Source of the DNA: Methanomassiliicoccaceae archaeon
GTDB lineage: Archaea; Thermoplasmatota; Thermoplasmata; Methanomassiliicoccales; Methanomassiliicoccaceae
DNA: 64,000 bases
Assembly (NCBI GenBank): GCA_040776945.1
Contig: JAXGZN010000002.1
Span: forward strand, 608,001 to 672,000
Direction: 5' to 3'
Shown here: in pieces, positions 18,721 through 29,575 of the stretch
How positions within the stretch are numbered: the stretch's first letter is position 1
Layout of the letters: every line of letters starts with the position of its first letter
Translations under genes and position numbers: made by a program
The notes under the pieces: model-generated
What the model saw: the letters and a program-made list of their open reading frames with translations, nothing else
Database searches by the model: none
What the model was told of the DNA's origin: nothing

Positions 18721-21600
18721 ATGTCAAGCTGGACCGCGGGGATCGAAGCCAAATGGCAGGCGCGCTGGTTAGATGCCAGGCTTTTCGAGGCGAATAGGGA
18801 CTCGAGGCCCAAGTTCATGGTGATCTTCGCCTATCCCGGCTTGACCGGATATCTTCACGTAGGGCACATGCGCGGGTACACCTACGTCGATGCTATCGCC
18901 CGCTACAAGCGGATGGCGGGGTTCAACGTCCTATTCCCAGTGGGGACGCACGCCACCGGCAACGGGGCCATATCCCTCGCGAAGAGGATAAGGGAGAAGG
19001 ACGGAAGGACCATCGATTATCTCCTGGCCAACGGCTGCCCGGAAGAGATGCTGCCGAGGTTGGTGGAGCCCCAGCAGGTGGTCGATTTCTTCAACCAGGT
19101 CTATGTGAACCAATACTGGAAGCGCTTCGGCTTCCTTGCGGACTGGCGCCGCTTCACCTCAACGACGAATCCGGACTACAGCAGGTTCATCCAGTGGCAG
19201 TTCCGAAAGCTGAACGATGCCGGCCTGCTTATCCAGAAGCCTTATTTCGCCCCGGCCTGCGTGGAATGCGGGCCGGTGGCGGTGGACGCCTCGGAGACGG
19301 ACCTCTCAAAGGGAGGCAACGCCGAGACCACCGAGTACACGCTCCTCAAGTTCCGCTGCGGGGACCTATTTCTTGTTGCTGCGACCCTGAGGCCGGAGAC
19401 GGTGTACGGGCAGACCAACTTTTGGGTGAACCCCGATGTGGAATATGTAAAGGTCAGGAGGAACGGCGAGATATGGGTCATAAGCCGTCCTTCGTATGAC
19501 AAGATGCGCTATCAGAAGGACGGTCTCGAGATCATGGGGACCGTGCCCGGGACTGAGCTTATAGGCCTGACGGCCATGGCGCCGGTCATACACCGCCCCG
19601 TGCCGGTGCTGCCGGCCATCTTCGCCAAACCCGAGGTAGGGACCGGCCTGGTGACCAGCGTGCCGTCGGACGCCCCTGACGACTGGGTGGCCCTCAAGCT
19701 GCTCCAAGAGGACGACGAGGTCCTGAAGAGGTACGGTCTGGACGCTGACCTCGTGCGATCGATAAGGCCGATCCCCATCATTGACACAAAGGGCTATGGT
19801 CCCCTGCCGGCGGTGGAGATGGTCGAGAGGATGGGCATCACCAGGTCCGGAGACCCGCGTCTGGACGAGGCCAAGAAGGCCATCTACAAGGACGGGTTCC
19901 ATACCGGGAGGATGAACGCCGCATGCGGCGAGTTCGCGGGCATGAAGGTCGAGGAGGCCAAGGAACTCATCAAACAGATGATGATAAGGAGCGGCGAGGC
20001 CGAGGTGTTCTATGACCTGTCGGAGGAGGTGGTGTGCCGTTGCGGCAGGCCCGTGGTGATCAAGAAGGTGGACGACCAATGGTTCATCGACTATGCCAAC
20101 CCCGGACTGACGGAGAACAGCAAGCGGCACGCTAAAAGCATGAGGATCCTGCCTCAAGAGTACTACGTGAACGTGCAGGGCGTTCTCGACTGGTTCCGTG
20201 AGCGTGCTTGCGTGAGGCAGGGCAACTGGCTCGGGACGCGGTTCCCCCTCGATCCCAAGTGGATCATAGAGGCGATCTCCGATTCCACGCTGTACCCGCT
20301 ATACTACATCATCGCACCGTACTTCAATTCCGGCCAGTTGGAACTCGGATCTCTGAACGAGACGTTCTTCGACCACGTATGCCTGGGCATGGGAAATGTC
20401 GAAGAGGTCTCCGCGGCCACCGGCGTGGCCGTCGATCTCCTTGAGCGGATAAAGGAGGATGTGTTCTACTGGTATCCTCTGGACATCAATCTCGGGGGCA
20501 AGGAGCACATGACCGTCCACTTCCCGGCGTTCCTTATGAACCATGTGGCCATCCTCCCCGAGGAGCTTTGGCCGAGAGGAATCTTCGTCAACTGGTACAT
20601 CACCGGCAAGCTGGGCAAGATATCCAAGTCCAAAGGAGGGGCGGAGCCCATACCTGACGCCGCTGAGCGGTTCGGGGTCGACGCTCTGCGCCTTTACTAC
20701 GCGCACATAGCCGCACCGTTCGCTGACGTGGAATGGGACGAAGGGGCCATAGACAACTACTCCTCGAGGATCGATCGCATAATCAGGACCCTCGATGAGC
20801 TGAAGTCCCTGAACGGCACCGAGGTCCAGAACGCGGACCGGTGGGTCCTCTCGCGCCTTTCCAATAGGGCCCGCACCATCCGATCGGCGATGGACGAGTT
20901 CGACCTACGCCGGATGGCCAACGAGGTCTTTTTCGAGACCCTCGCGGACATGAGATGGTACATGCGGAGAGGAGGCGACAACAGCGAGACCGTAGCGAAG
21001 GCGGTCAGGAGCTGGGTGCGCATGATGGCGCCGGTTACGCCCCATATCGCCGAAGAGCTCTGGGAGGGCCTCGGGGAGAAGGGCTTCGTGTCGATAGCTC
21101 CGTTCCCCGAAGAGGAGGAGCTTCCGTCCGACCCGTTGACGGAAGCTTCCGAGTACTACCTCCAGGAGGTGATGGCCGATATCAACGAGATCCTCAAGGT
21201 CACCGGCATCGTTCCCAAGAGGATCATAATCTACACCGCCCCTCAGTGGAAGTCGGACATCTTAAGGCTCGGACTGGACCTCGCCGGGTCCAAGCAGCTG
21301 AGCGTTCCCGGGCTGACGAAGGCCGTAATGTCCCGAGACGACCTCAAGCGGAGGGGAAAGGACTCCGCCGACTTCGCCCGGAAGACCGCCGAGGACCTCA
21401 TGAAGCGTTCCGAGCCGGAGCTGAGGCAGCTTGGAACGGAGATCGACGAGCTCACGTACCTCAAGGACGCTTCCAAGTTCCTGTCCAAGGAGCTGGACTG
21501 CGAGATGGCCATCTATCGCGCCGATGACGGGCAGGCCCCCGACCCTCAGAAGAAGGCCCGGGCCGCGCAGCCTCACCGGCCGGCCATCTATGTAGAGTAA
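18721..21600 (+). CDS. leuS: leucine--tRNA ligase (archaeal type)
   Basis: IEAKWQ, HVGH, DWRR.F.T, ATLRPET, SVPSDAPDD and KISKS; C-terminal P.RPAIYVE. Confidence 0.96.
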   Translation: MSSWTAGIEAKWQARWLDARLFEANRDSRPKFMVIFAYPGLTGYLHVGHMRGYTYVDAIARYKRMAGFNVLFPVGTHATGNGAISLAKRIREKDGRTIDYLLANGCPEEMLPRLVEPQQVVDFFNQVYVNQYWKRFGFLADWRRFTSTTNPDYSRFIQWQFRKLNDAGLLIQKPYFAPACVECGPVAVDASETDLSKGGNAETTEYTLLKFRCGDLFLVAATLRPETVYGQTNFWVNPDVEYVKVRRNGEIWVISRPSYDKMRYQKDGLEIMGTVPGTELIGLTAMAPVIHRPVPVLPAIFAKPEVGTGLVTSVPSDAPDDWVALKLLQEDDEVLKRYGLDADLVRSIRPIPIIDTKGYGPLPAVEMVERMGITRSGDPRLDEAKKAIYKDGFHTGRMNAACGEFAGMKVEEAKELIKQMMIRSGEAEVFYDLSEEVVCRCGRPVVIKKVDDQWFIDYANPGLTENSKRHAKSMRILPQEYYVNVQGVLDWFRERACVRQGNWLGTRFPLDPKWIIEAISDSTLYPLYYIIAPYFNSGQLELGSLNETFFDHVCLGMGNVEEVSAATGVAVDLLERIKEDVFYWYPLDINLGGKEHMTVHFPAFLMNHVAILPEELWPRGIFVNWYITGKLGKISKSKGGAEPIPDAAERFGVDALRLYYAHIAAPFADVEWDEGAIDNYSSRIDRIIRTLDELKSLNGTEVQNADRWVLSRLSNRARTIRSAMDEFDLRRMANEVFFETLADMRWYMRRGGDNSETVAKAVRSWVRMMAPVTPHIAEELWEGLGEKGFVSIAPFPEEEELPSDPLTEASEYYLQEVMADINEILKVTGIVPKRIIIYTAPQWKSDILRLGLDLAGSKQLSVPGLTKAVMSRDDLKRRGKDSADFARKTAEDLMKRSEPELRQLGTEIDELTYLKDASKFLSKELDCEMAIYRADDGQAPDPQKKARAAQPHRPAIYVE

Positions 21601-21752
21601 GACGCGCTCTTAGGTACCGCTCCCATCGCTCAGCGCGAGCGGTCCTCGTTATGTTTTTCTCGACCCAGACGGAGTTCCTTTTATAGCCGCTAACCGGTTC
21701 CGGTCGGTCGGAGGCCCTCAAGCTGGGGGCGATCCCCGGGTCAGAGGTCAAG

Positions 21753-24700
21753 ATGTTCGCGGGTCTCGCCGACCTCATCGTCAGGCGGCACAAGCTGATA
21801 ATCGCCGCATGGGTTCTGGCATTGCTAATAGCTCTGCCCATGGTGCCGTTGGCCAGCGACGTGGTTCAGTACGAAGAGACGGAGATGGCACCAGGTTCAC
21901 TGCCGTCATCGATCGCCAATGAGCATATTTCGAAAAGCTTCGGCAGCATAGCCGATCAGCCTACGACCCTGATCGTGATAACCTCCGACGATGTCATGGA
22001 CGAGCGCACCAGGATCATCACGCTGGCGATCGAGCGTGAGATAGCCGAGGCCTCCCTTTATGGTGACATCAACAAGGTCGAGGTGACATCGCCATATACG
22101 ATAGCGGAGAACTATGCCCTCAATGTAATCAAAGTGCTGAACTACGCCTGCTCCAGTGCCAACCTCTCCGCCTATCTCACCTTCGGACTGCCGCAGGAGT
22201 ACCGAATGGTGTGGACCGCCATCAACACCTCGGCCTTCGCCCTTTACACGGTGCCGGAAAGCTACGCGACCGCCTGGGCCGAGGCGATGGCCTCAAACCC
22301 CTCGCTCACCGTTGAGGAGGCGGACATAATCGCCTACGCCTCCGCCCGGTCTCGGACCGATGCCGAGGCCATGAACTTGGGCCCCGAGGAGCGCGCTCTT
22401 CTTCTCACCTGGCTCCGATCCTTCGCCGGTTCGTGGAACCTGACCGCGCCGATCGGGCTGCAGCCCGGCGAGCGGGCCGTTGCCGCTCGCTCCGATGCCT
22501 TCCTTCAGCTCCAGAGCTCCCTTGACCTGCCGGAAAGGGACAAATGGCTTATCCAGCAGGTGAGCGCGTCATTCGCTACCTTGGAGGTCGACTTCCGCAA
22601 CGTGAGCGCTGTAGCCCGCGAGGTGGTCGACGGCAGGATCGAGGCATCCGTTGCGAAGATGACCTCAGGGCAAGCATCCTACGGGAACGTGACCTCGGGC
22701 CAGGTGGTCCTTGTCAGGGAATACATGAACTCGTTTTATTCCTGGTGGTCCGGCCTTGGCAGAGTGCCCTCGGACGCCGAGATGGAGCACGGGATACTCG
22801 TTCTGTCCCTGGAGTTCGGCGAGGGGATATCGGACCGGGAGACCAGGGAGGTCTTCCTGGCCGTCCGTTCCTCCATCGGCGGCCTGGCCGTATACAAGGA
22901 CGCTGAGGCCAGAACGGAGGCCATAGTGGCAGTGGTGGCATCGATGCCATCGATCGTGGAGCGCGTCGCTCCCGAACGATGGTTGGTGAACGCTTCAGCG
23001 GAGATGGGGGGCTTCGACATGGTCAAGGCAAAGGCCTTGAGCCGCAAGATATCCTCCAACTCATCGCTGGACCACCTGCCGTTCAAGATGCCCGCGGGGA
23101 TCTTCGGGCAGCTGGTGTCCGCCGACAGGACCACGATGATCATGGGTCTGACCTACGAGGACATCAAGGGCGATCTTCATCCAGGACGGGAATGCGTCGC
23201 CGACGTCAGGGACATCGTCGCCGGCGTGGCCAATGGAGAAGCGGTCAGGTGCTACGTCACGGGGACGGACGCTCTCAACGTGGACATGGAGGCGACCACC
23301 TTCGAGGACCTAGGGATCATTGAGCCCATCACCATCGTCCTGGTCCTCGTTCTCATCGGATCGTTCTTCCGCTCGTTCGTCGCCTCATCCATACCGCCCC
23401 TCTCCGTCGGGGTAGCGCTCGGCATCAGTTATGCGGCGGTGTACATCATAGGGTCGTACGTTCTCGCGGTACACTATGCCGTTCTCACCCTCCTGCTGAC
23501 AGCTACGATAGGGGCGGGGTGCGATTACTGCATCTTCATCCTCTCCAGGTATCGCGAGGAGAGGTCGTCAGGAAAAGGAAAGGAGGAGAGCGTAAGGCAG
23601 GCGGTGACCTGGGCAGGAGAGAGCATCCTGATCTCGGGACTCACGGTCATCATCGGCTTCGGCGTTCTCGCCATCGGCGAGCTATCGCTGTTCAAGTCCC
23701 TGGGCGTCATCCTGGCCCTTAGCATCTCCATGGCTTTGCTGGTGGCACTCACCCTCCTTCCCTCCGTCCTTTTCCTTTTGGGCGACAGGAGCTTCTGGCC
23801 TGCGCGCATGGACCATCCGCCCAGAAAGCTCGCTCATCCAAGCTACTTCTCTCGAAGCGCCAGGTTCGCCATAAGGAACGCCAAGGTATTGCTCATAGTT
23901 GCAGCGCTGATGTCCATGCCTGCGATATACCTCACGTTATCGGCCGATACAAGCTACGATTACATCGGCTCAATGGCCGACGTGGAGAGCAAGCAGGGCC
24001 TGACAGTCATCCAGGAAGGCTTCGGTGGCGGCAAGATAACGCCGACCCAGATCTCGGTGGTCATGACCTCTGACATTGTGTCCAACGGCTCCTTCGACCT
24101 CGAGATGCTGGCATCGATCGAGTCCCTGTCCCTGAGGATCGCGAACCTTGACAACATCAAGAAGGTGAACGGACCGACGCGGCCTTTTGGCGACCCCATC
24201 GACATAACCAACGCCAGTCTCATGGACGAATATGATGCGGTGATCGGCCGCATGGTCAGCACGGACCGCCGGGCAGCGATCCTGACCGTTACCTTCGAGG
24301 CCGAGCCGTTCGACATGAGGTCGATCGCCAGCGTCCATGACCTAAGGGCTGTGGCCGAGGAGGCGGCAGGAACAGGAGGGATGGAGAAGGTATTGGTGGG
24401 CGGCTCGACCGCCTCCATGTCCGATATCGCGTCCATGAACCAGGGCGATTTTCGGAACATGGCCGTCCTGGCCGTCGCCAGCATCTACGCGGTGCTCATG
24501 CTGGTCTTGGGTTCGGTCATCAGCCCGCTGCGCTCCATCCTCACCATACTGCTGAGCATCTCATGGACCTTGGCGGTGGCCCTTCTGCTCTTCCAGGGGC
24601 TCCTGGGACAGCCGATATTGTATCTGGCGCCAATGATCCTGCTGCTGGTCTGCCTCGGTCTGGGGATGGACTATGATATCCTGCTCGTGACCAGGGTCCG

Positions 24701-25031
24701 CGAGGAGGTGGCCAAGGGGATGGATACCGACGAGGCCATCGTCCATGCGGTGGACCGTACTGGAGGGATAATCACCGCCTGCGGGGTCATCATGGCATCG
24801 GCGTTCGGATCCATGATGCTCTCGAACGGCTACCTGCTGAAGGAGTTCGGCTTCGTCCTTATGTTCGCCATCCTGCTGGACGCGACCGTGGTCCGCATTT
24901 ACCTGGTCCCGGCCGCCATGTCCTTGCTGGGCAGGTGGAACTGGTGGGCCCCCGGACCGATCAGGAGAATGAGCGAGGGCCGCGACCGGAAGCGTCTCGA
25001 CGCGCTGAAGGAAGGCAGGACGGGAAAGTGA
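21753..25031 (+). CDS. MMPL/RND family transporter
   Basis: Two TM repeats with GAGCDY...SRYREE and GLGMDY...RVREE, LDATVVR..LVPA and WNWW. Confidence 0.92.
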   Translation: MFAGLADLIVRRHKLIIAAWVLALLIALPMVPLASDVVQYEETEMAPGSLPSSIANEHISKSFGSIADQPTTLIVITSDDVMDERTRIITLAIEREIAEASLYGDINKVEVTSPYTIAENYALNVIKVLNYACSSANLSAYLTFGLPQEYRMVWTAINTSAFALYTVPESYATAWAEAMASNPSLTVEEADIIAYASARSRTDAEAMNLGPEERALLLTWLRSFAGSWNLTAPIGLQPGERAVAARSDAFLQLQSSLDLPERDKWLIQQVSASFATLEVDFRNVSAVAREVVDGRIEASVAKMTSGQASYGNVTSGQVVLVREYMNSFYSWWSGLGRVPSDAEMEHGILVLSLEFGEGISDRETREVFLAVRSSIGGLAVYKDAEARTEAIVAVVASMPSIVERVAPERWLVNASAEMGGFDMVKAKALSRKISSNSSLDHLPFKMPAGIFGQLVSADRTTMIMGLTYEDIKGDLHPGRECVADVRDIVAGVANGEAVRCYVTGTDALNVDMEATTFEDLGIIEPITIVLVLVLIGSFFRSFVASSIPPLSVGVALGISYAAVYIIGSYVLAVHYAVLTLLLTATIGAGCDYCIFILSRYREERSSGKGKEESVRQAVTWAGESILISGLTVIIGFGVLAIGELSLFKSLGVILALSISMALLVALTLLPSVLFLLGDRSFWPARMDHPPRKLAHPSYFSRSARFAIRNAKVLLIVAALMSMPAIYLTLSADTSYDYIGSMADVESKQGLTVIQEGFGGGKITPTQISVVMTSDIVSNGSFDLEMLASIESLSLRIANLDNIKKVNGPTRPFGDPIDITNASLMDEYDAVIGRMVSTDRRAAILTVTFEAEPFDMRSIASVHDLRAVAEEAAGTGGMEKVLVGGSTASMSDIASMNQGDFRNMAVLAVASIYAVLMLVLGSVISPLRSILTILLSISWTLAVALLLFQGLLGQPILYLAPMILLLVCLGLGMDYDILLVTRVREEVAKGMDTDEAIVHAVDRTGGIITACGVIMASAFGSMMLSNGYLLKEFGFVLMFAILLDATVVRIYLVPAAMSLLGRWNWWAPGPIRRMSEGRDRKRLDALKEGRTGK

Positions 25032-25067
25032 GAACGGACCAACATGCAACACGGCGCTGAAGGGCGC

Positions 25068-25610
25068 TCATTCCCACCGCTTGAAAAGGTCATGGTCCTG
25101 TCCCAGCTGGTCCAGGACCTTGCCCACGACGAAGTCTATCATCATGTCCACGCTCCTCGGCCCATGGTAGAACGCTGGAGAGGCCGGGAGGATGGTCGCT
25201 CCGGCGCGGGCCAGGGCCAGCTCGTTCTCCAGCATAATGACGTTGAGAGGGGTCTCCCGAGGCACAAGGACCAGCCTGCGGCGTTCCTTGAGGGTGACCG
25301 AGGCCGCCCTGGTCAGCAGACTGTCGGAAATGCCAGCGGCCAGCTTGGCAATGGTCGACTGCGAGCATGGACATACTACCATGGCGTCGACCACGTGGGT
25401 GCCGGAGGCGGGCGGGGCGAAGAGATCATGGTCATCATAGACCTCGTCCGCGAGCGAGCACAGGTCATCATAGCCGATGTCCGCCTCATGCTCGAGCACC
25501 TTCCTGCCCATGTCGGACACGATGAGAACCTTATCTCCCTCCAGTTCCTCAAGGAGCCTGATCCCGTACCGAATGCCCGAGCATCCCGTTATGGCCACCA
25601 CGCAGCGCAT
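25068..25610 (-). CDS. ubiX: flavin prenyltransferase
   Basis: ITGCSG, APPASG, PCSQST, LKERR.L.LVPRETP and PAFY. Confidence 0.93.
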   Translation of the reverse strand: MRCVVAITGCSGIRYGIRLLEELEGDKVLIVSDMGRKVLEHEADIGYDDLCSLADEVYDDHDLFAPPASGTHVVDAMVVCPCSQSTIAKLAAGISDSLLTRAASVTLKERRRLVLVPRETPLNVIMLENELALARAGATILPASPAFYHGPRSVDMMIDFVVGKVLDQLGQDHDLFKRWE

Positions 25611-25878
25611 GTTGGGAGGAACGGTCGCGGCCTATTAATTAGCTCCTGGGGACCGATGCGTTCCCTTTATAGGGCACGACCGCATAGGGCCGTGACGTTC
25701 CTGGGACAGAGGCGAGAGTGGCGCACCGGACCGGCGATCCAGCATGGTCATCAAGGCGGCCGCCATCCGCTCTCCAGCGATATCCAACCCTGGAAACGCT
25801 TTTATACGACCTCTATATTAATGCCGTAGGCATTATCCACATTTGGATAGTATTAGATATCATTTCGAGGTAGATCAG

Positions 25879-26304
25879 ATGGTCACAGTCTATGATGTCC
25901 CCCCGGAGAAGCTGATCGCAAAGGCCGCGGCCCAGCTGAAGCAGATGGATACGATCAAGGCCCCGGACTGGGCAGAGTTCGCGAAGACCGGAAGGCACAC
26001 CGAGAAGGCCCCTGTCCAAGATGACTGGTGGTATACCCGCTCCGCTTCCGTTCTACGAAAGGTATATTTGAAGGGCCCTATCGGAACCTCCAGGCTTGCC
26101 GCGGAGTACGGCGGTTTCGCCGACCGGGGGTCCAAGCCCAACAAGGCGGTCAAGGGCAGCCGGGCGATCGCTCGACGCTGCCTTATCCAGCTTGAACAGT
26201 CGGGCCTGATAGCAAAGCACAAGAGAGACGGCAGGGTCATCACTCCTAAGGGTCAAGCGATGCTCGACAACGCCGCCAAGGCGGTCTTCGACGAGACCCA
26301 CTGA
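25879..26304 (+). CDS. rps19e: 30S ribosomal protein S19e
   Basis: MVTVYDVP, PDWA..KTG...E..P...WWYTR and GR.ITPKG. Confidence 0.96.
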   Translation: MVTVYDVPPEKLIAKAAAQLKQMDTIKAPDWAEFAKTGRHTEKAPVQDDWWYTRSASVLRKVYLKGPIGTSRLAAEYGGFADRGSKPNKAVKGSRAIARRCLIQLEQSGLIAKHKRDGRVITPKGQAMLDNAAKAVFDETH

Positions 26305-26325
26305 TGCGAGCTGCGTGTGATCTAA

Positions 26326-26667
26326 ATGCAGGACGCTGAACTCGAGGAACTTCGGCGCCGCAAGATGGCGCAGTTGCAGCAATCCCAGGAAGCCCAGCTC
26401 CAGCAGCAGGCCATGATGGCCGAGCGTCAGAGGCAGGTGGAGCAGGCCAAGCTAGAGATGATGAGAAGGATCCTCACCCCTGAAGCAAGGGAGAGGCTCG
26501 CCAAGGTAAGGATGGCCTATCCGGACGTGGCGGCCGCGGTCGAGGACCAGCTCATACAGCTGCTCCAAATGGGCAGGATCCAGGATCAGATAGACGATAA
26601 TACTCTGAAGGCCATCCTTAGGAAGATATCGCCTCAGAGAAGAGACATTAAGATAGAAAGGGTGTAA
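26326..26667 (+). CDS. PDCD5-like DNA-binding protein
   Basis: [24 protein letters not shown] and IDDNTLK; conserved position between S19e and L39e. Confidence 0.93.
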   Translation: MQDAELEELRRRKMAQLQQSQEAQLQQQAMMAERQRQVEQAKLEMMRRILTPEARERLAKVRMAYPDVAAAVEDQLIQLLQMGRIQDQIDDNTLKAILRKISPQRRDIKIERV

Positions 26668-26671
26668 TCCA

Positions 26672-26827
26672 ATGACCAGGAACAAACCGTTAGCAATGAA
26701 GGCCCGCCTAATGAGGGCGGAAAAGTCCAACCGCAGAGTGCCTGCCTGGGTAATGATCAGGACCAACAGGAACGTTCTCCGGCATCCAAAGAGGAGGAGC
26801 TGGAGGATGAGCAAGCTCAAGGAGTGA
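26672..26827 (+). CDS. rpl39e: 50S ribosomal protein L39e (not in the ORF track)
   Basis: Manual translation [13 protein letters not shown]...[12 protein letters not shown]...[14 protein letters not shown]. Confidence 0.96.
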   Translation: MTRNKPLAMKARLMRAEKSNRRVPAWVMIRTNRNVLRHPKRRSWRMSKLKE

Positions 26828-26832
26828 TCTCC

Positions 26833-27105
26833 ATGGACGAGAAGGTAATGAACATCAACCTCAAGAAGACCAAGGCGGCCCCCAGGTCCAAGAAGGCGAA
26901 GAGGGCTATCAACGAGATCCGACAGCATGTCGTCAGGCACATGAAGGCGGACGAGGACAAGGTCTGGATCGATCACCGCCTCAACGAGGCCATCTGGGCG
27001 AACGGCATCCACCGGCCTCCTACCCGCATCACTGTGAAGGCGGTCAAGTTCGAGGACGGCCTGGTCGAGGTCTCCCTGCCGCAGGATTCCGTTGTAGAAG
27101 AGTAA
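26833..27105 (+). CDS. rpl31e: 50S ribosomal protein L31e
   Basis: NINL...RAINEIR...RHMK...LNEAIWANGI..PP. Confidence 0.95.
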   Translation: MDEKVMNINLKKTKAAPRSKKAKRAINEIRQHVVRHMKADEDKVWIDHRLNEAIWANGIHRPPTRITVKAVKFEDGLVEVSLPQDSVVEE

Positions 27106-27118
27106 TCGCGGTGCTGGC

Positions 27119-27775
27119 ATGATGAAGCTCTCGAGCTACAACGGTAACCCTTTCATTGGGGTCTACTGCGTAGCCAATGAGAGCCTGTCCCTGGTACCAT
27201 TGGACGCACCCCCCGGTCTTATTTCAGATATCGAGGAGGGCATGGGGGCCAAGGTCGTGACCGCCTCCTTGGCCTCTTCGACCATCCTCGGCACCTTGAC
27301 GGCGATGAACTCCTACGGGGCCATAACCACGGGGATGGCGACCCTGGCGGAGGTCCGTCCTCTGAGGAAGCTCCTGCAGGTGAAGCGGATAAAGGACCGC
27401 CTCAACGCTTGCGGGAACAACATCTTGGTCAACGACAACGCCGCTCTGGTGAACCCCGACCTGGACCGGTCGGCGATCAAGCTCATTGAGGAGGCGCTGC
27501 AGGTCGAGGTCGTGCAAGGCATGGTGGCTGGCCACAAAACGGTAGGCTCGGTATGCGCGGCCACCAACAAGGGCGTGCTGTGCCATCCCTCCACGAGCCG
27601 GGCCGAGCTTGAGATGCTGCGCTCCTTGTTCAAGGTCCCCACCGCCATCGGCACACTGAACTACGGCGCCCCCATGGTCGGGGCCTGCATGATAGCAAAC
27701 TCCAAAGGAGCGGCGATAGGGTTCCGCTCCACACCCATTGAGATGGGCCGGGTCGAGGACGTGCTCTTCCCTTGA
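27119..27775 (+). CDS. eif6: translation initiation factor aIF-6
   Basis: IGVY..AN, GNNILVND, VGS...ATNKG.L.HP and GTLNYG...VG. Confidence 0.95.
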   Translation: MMKLSSYNGNPFIGVYCVANESLSLVPLDAPPGLISDIEEGMGAKVVTASLASSTILGTLTAMNSYGAITTGMATLAEVRPLRKLLQVKRIKDRLNACGNNILVNDNAALVNPDLDRSAIKLIEEALQVEVVQGMVAGHKTVGSVCAATNKGVLCHPSTSRAELEMLRSLFKVPTAIGTLNYGAPMVGACMIANSKGAAIGFRSTPIEMGRVEDVLFP

Positions 27776-28433
27776 GGATGCCGCTTATCCCAATTTTCTG
27801 ACCTTCGTCCTATAGCTCGGCTCTATATCAGGGGGAAAAGACCCAAAACTCGGTCGCTGGAGGCAGGTCTTCCCGGCTGAACTCGACCTCGTTCCCGACC
27901 CTGACCACAACGTCCTCGGGTATGCCCTGAAGGAAGGGATCGATGGTATGGACGGAGATCGATAGTCCCCCCCAGCGGAAGTGCATGGGTATGGCCACCC
28001 GAGGCCGCAGCTTGGACACCAACGCCCGTGCCTGGGCACCATCGATGGTGAACACGCCTCCCACTGGAACGAACAGGACGTCCACCGGCCCTATGGCGCA
28101 GACCTGCTCCTCGGTAAGGTCATGCCCGAGATCGCCGCAATGGCAGAACCTGATGCCGTCCAGCTCGAAGTGGTAAACTATATTGCGCCCTCTTCGAGCT
28201 CCCGATTCGAGATCGTGAAACGTAGATACGCCATTGATCTGAACGCCTCTGAGAGAGCGTTCCCCGGGATCTCTGATCACCGAGGGGTCCCCCCTCACGA
28301 TCCGGACGCAGTTATGGTCGAAATGATCGTGAGTGACCAGCACTATGTCCGCCTTCACAAGAGGGGTCTTGATCCCTATGGACTTGCCATCGTGAGGGTC
28401 GGTGACCACAGTGACGGTATCCTTTATTTCAAA

Positions 28434-29575
28434 GGCCTTGTTGCAAAATCCAACCTGACACTTTGCCAATGTCAGTAAATCAAATTGTAATTAATTTATA
28501 TTGTTACCAATATTGATTACAAAATATTTAAGTGTGGGCCAATCCATGTTGCCAGTTGCTTAGAAAGGTGACTGGATTGGACACCACGATCATTGAAATA
28601 ACGTCGGAAGTATTCAAGTTTGACGGTCAATCGCGCCTCGACACCTTCAGCATCGACCTCGGTCGATGCTCCGAGGTCGAGGCGCACCGATTGCAGCTGG
28701 CCATGGAAGGCATACGTAAGAACGTCGATTCTTTCCCATTCTGGCAGCGGAGGAAGAGGGTCGGCCGACCCTCTTCCAATGAAAGGACGATCATGATAGG
28801 TTTCCTTATCCAGCAACTATTCCGTACGACCTTCCGCGATGCGGAAGGTCTGCTGCACATGCTGAGCTGGTACTTCAGGATCGACCGCGTGCCGGATCAT
28901 TCCGTGCTTTGCAGGGCGATGTCCAGCCAACGCTGGACATCGCTGCTGGAGAGGTTCTTCTCATTCTTACTGGATCGTCTGCCGAAGAGGAACGCCATTG
29001 TCGCTACGGATGCGACCGGCTACTCCGGTCGCAAGCGCGGATGGCGCGAGACGCCATACGCGCACCGACCGAACGAGGACTGGGTGAAGGCGCATGCCGC
29101 CATCGAGGTCGACCGTTTCCTCATCCTGAGCTACGAGCTCACCGCCTCGAACGTGCATGACAGCCAGGTGTTCTCGGATGTCTGGGAACGATTACCGGAC
29201 AACATAGTCCCTGTACGCAGCCTGGCCGATTCGGCCTATCACGGCGAGGCCTGCCTCGCCGCGGCCAGGCTGCACGGGGCGACACCGTTGCACAAGATCA
29301 AGAAGAACGCCAAAGGTCTGATGGAGCATCGGGTCAACTACAACAAGCTGGTGTTCTTCGCCCACCAGTTCCCGCGGCGCTTCGCCGCCTTGACGGCGAA
29401 GCGCAATCATGCTGAAACGGTGTTCAGCATGATCGGCAATCTGTTCGGTCATCGGATAAGATGCCGGAATAATGACGCAAGGAAAAATGAGGTTCGATGC
29501 AAGATCATCATGTTCAACCTGCATCAGCTGGCAGTTACCGGGCTAGCCCGGTAACTGTAATTTTGCAACAAGGCC
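28434..29575 (+). mobile_element. IS5-family insertion sequence (IS903/ISH1-like)
   Basis: Perfect 16-bp TIRs GGCCTTGTTGCAAAAT (28434-28449 and 29560-29575). Flanking duplication is TTCAAA, or TCAA if the ends are 1 bp longer. Confidence 0.95.
28532..29554 (+). CDS. IS5-family DDE transposase
   Basis: PDHS.L, DATG, W.K.H, NVHDS, ADSAY and R..AETVF; start codon uncertain. Confidence 0.92.
   Translation: MWANPCCQLLRKVTGLDTTIIEITSEVFKFDGQSRLDTFSIDLGRCSEVEAHRLQLAMEGIRKNVDSFPFWQRRKRVGRPSSNERTIMIGFLIQQLFRTTFRDAEGLLHMLSWYFRIDRVPDHSVLCRAMSSQRWTSLLERFFSFLLDRLPKRNAIVATDATGYSGRKRGWRETPYAHRPNEDWVKAHAAIEVDRFLILSYELTASNVHDSQVFSDVWERLPDNIVPVRSLADSAYHGEACLAAARLHGATPLHKIKKNAKGLMEHRVNYNKLVFFAHQFPRRFAALTAKRNHAETVFSMIGNLFGHRIRCRNNDARKNEVRCKIIMFNLHQLAVTGLAR

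Noticed and set aside
27775-27830. Ribosomal operon stops after aIF-6 without L18a/prefoldin
   Set aside because: Breakage of this operon is common and the genes are probably elsewhere.
28501-28525. TGTTACCA inside the IS resembling the nrdD-side motif
   Set aside because: The match is short, in AT-rich DNA and differently spaced; probably coincidental.
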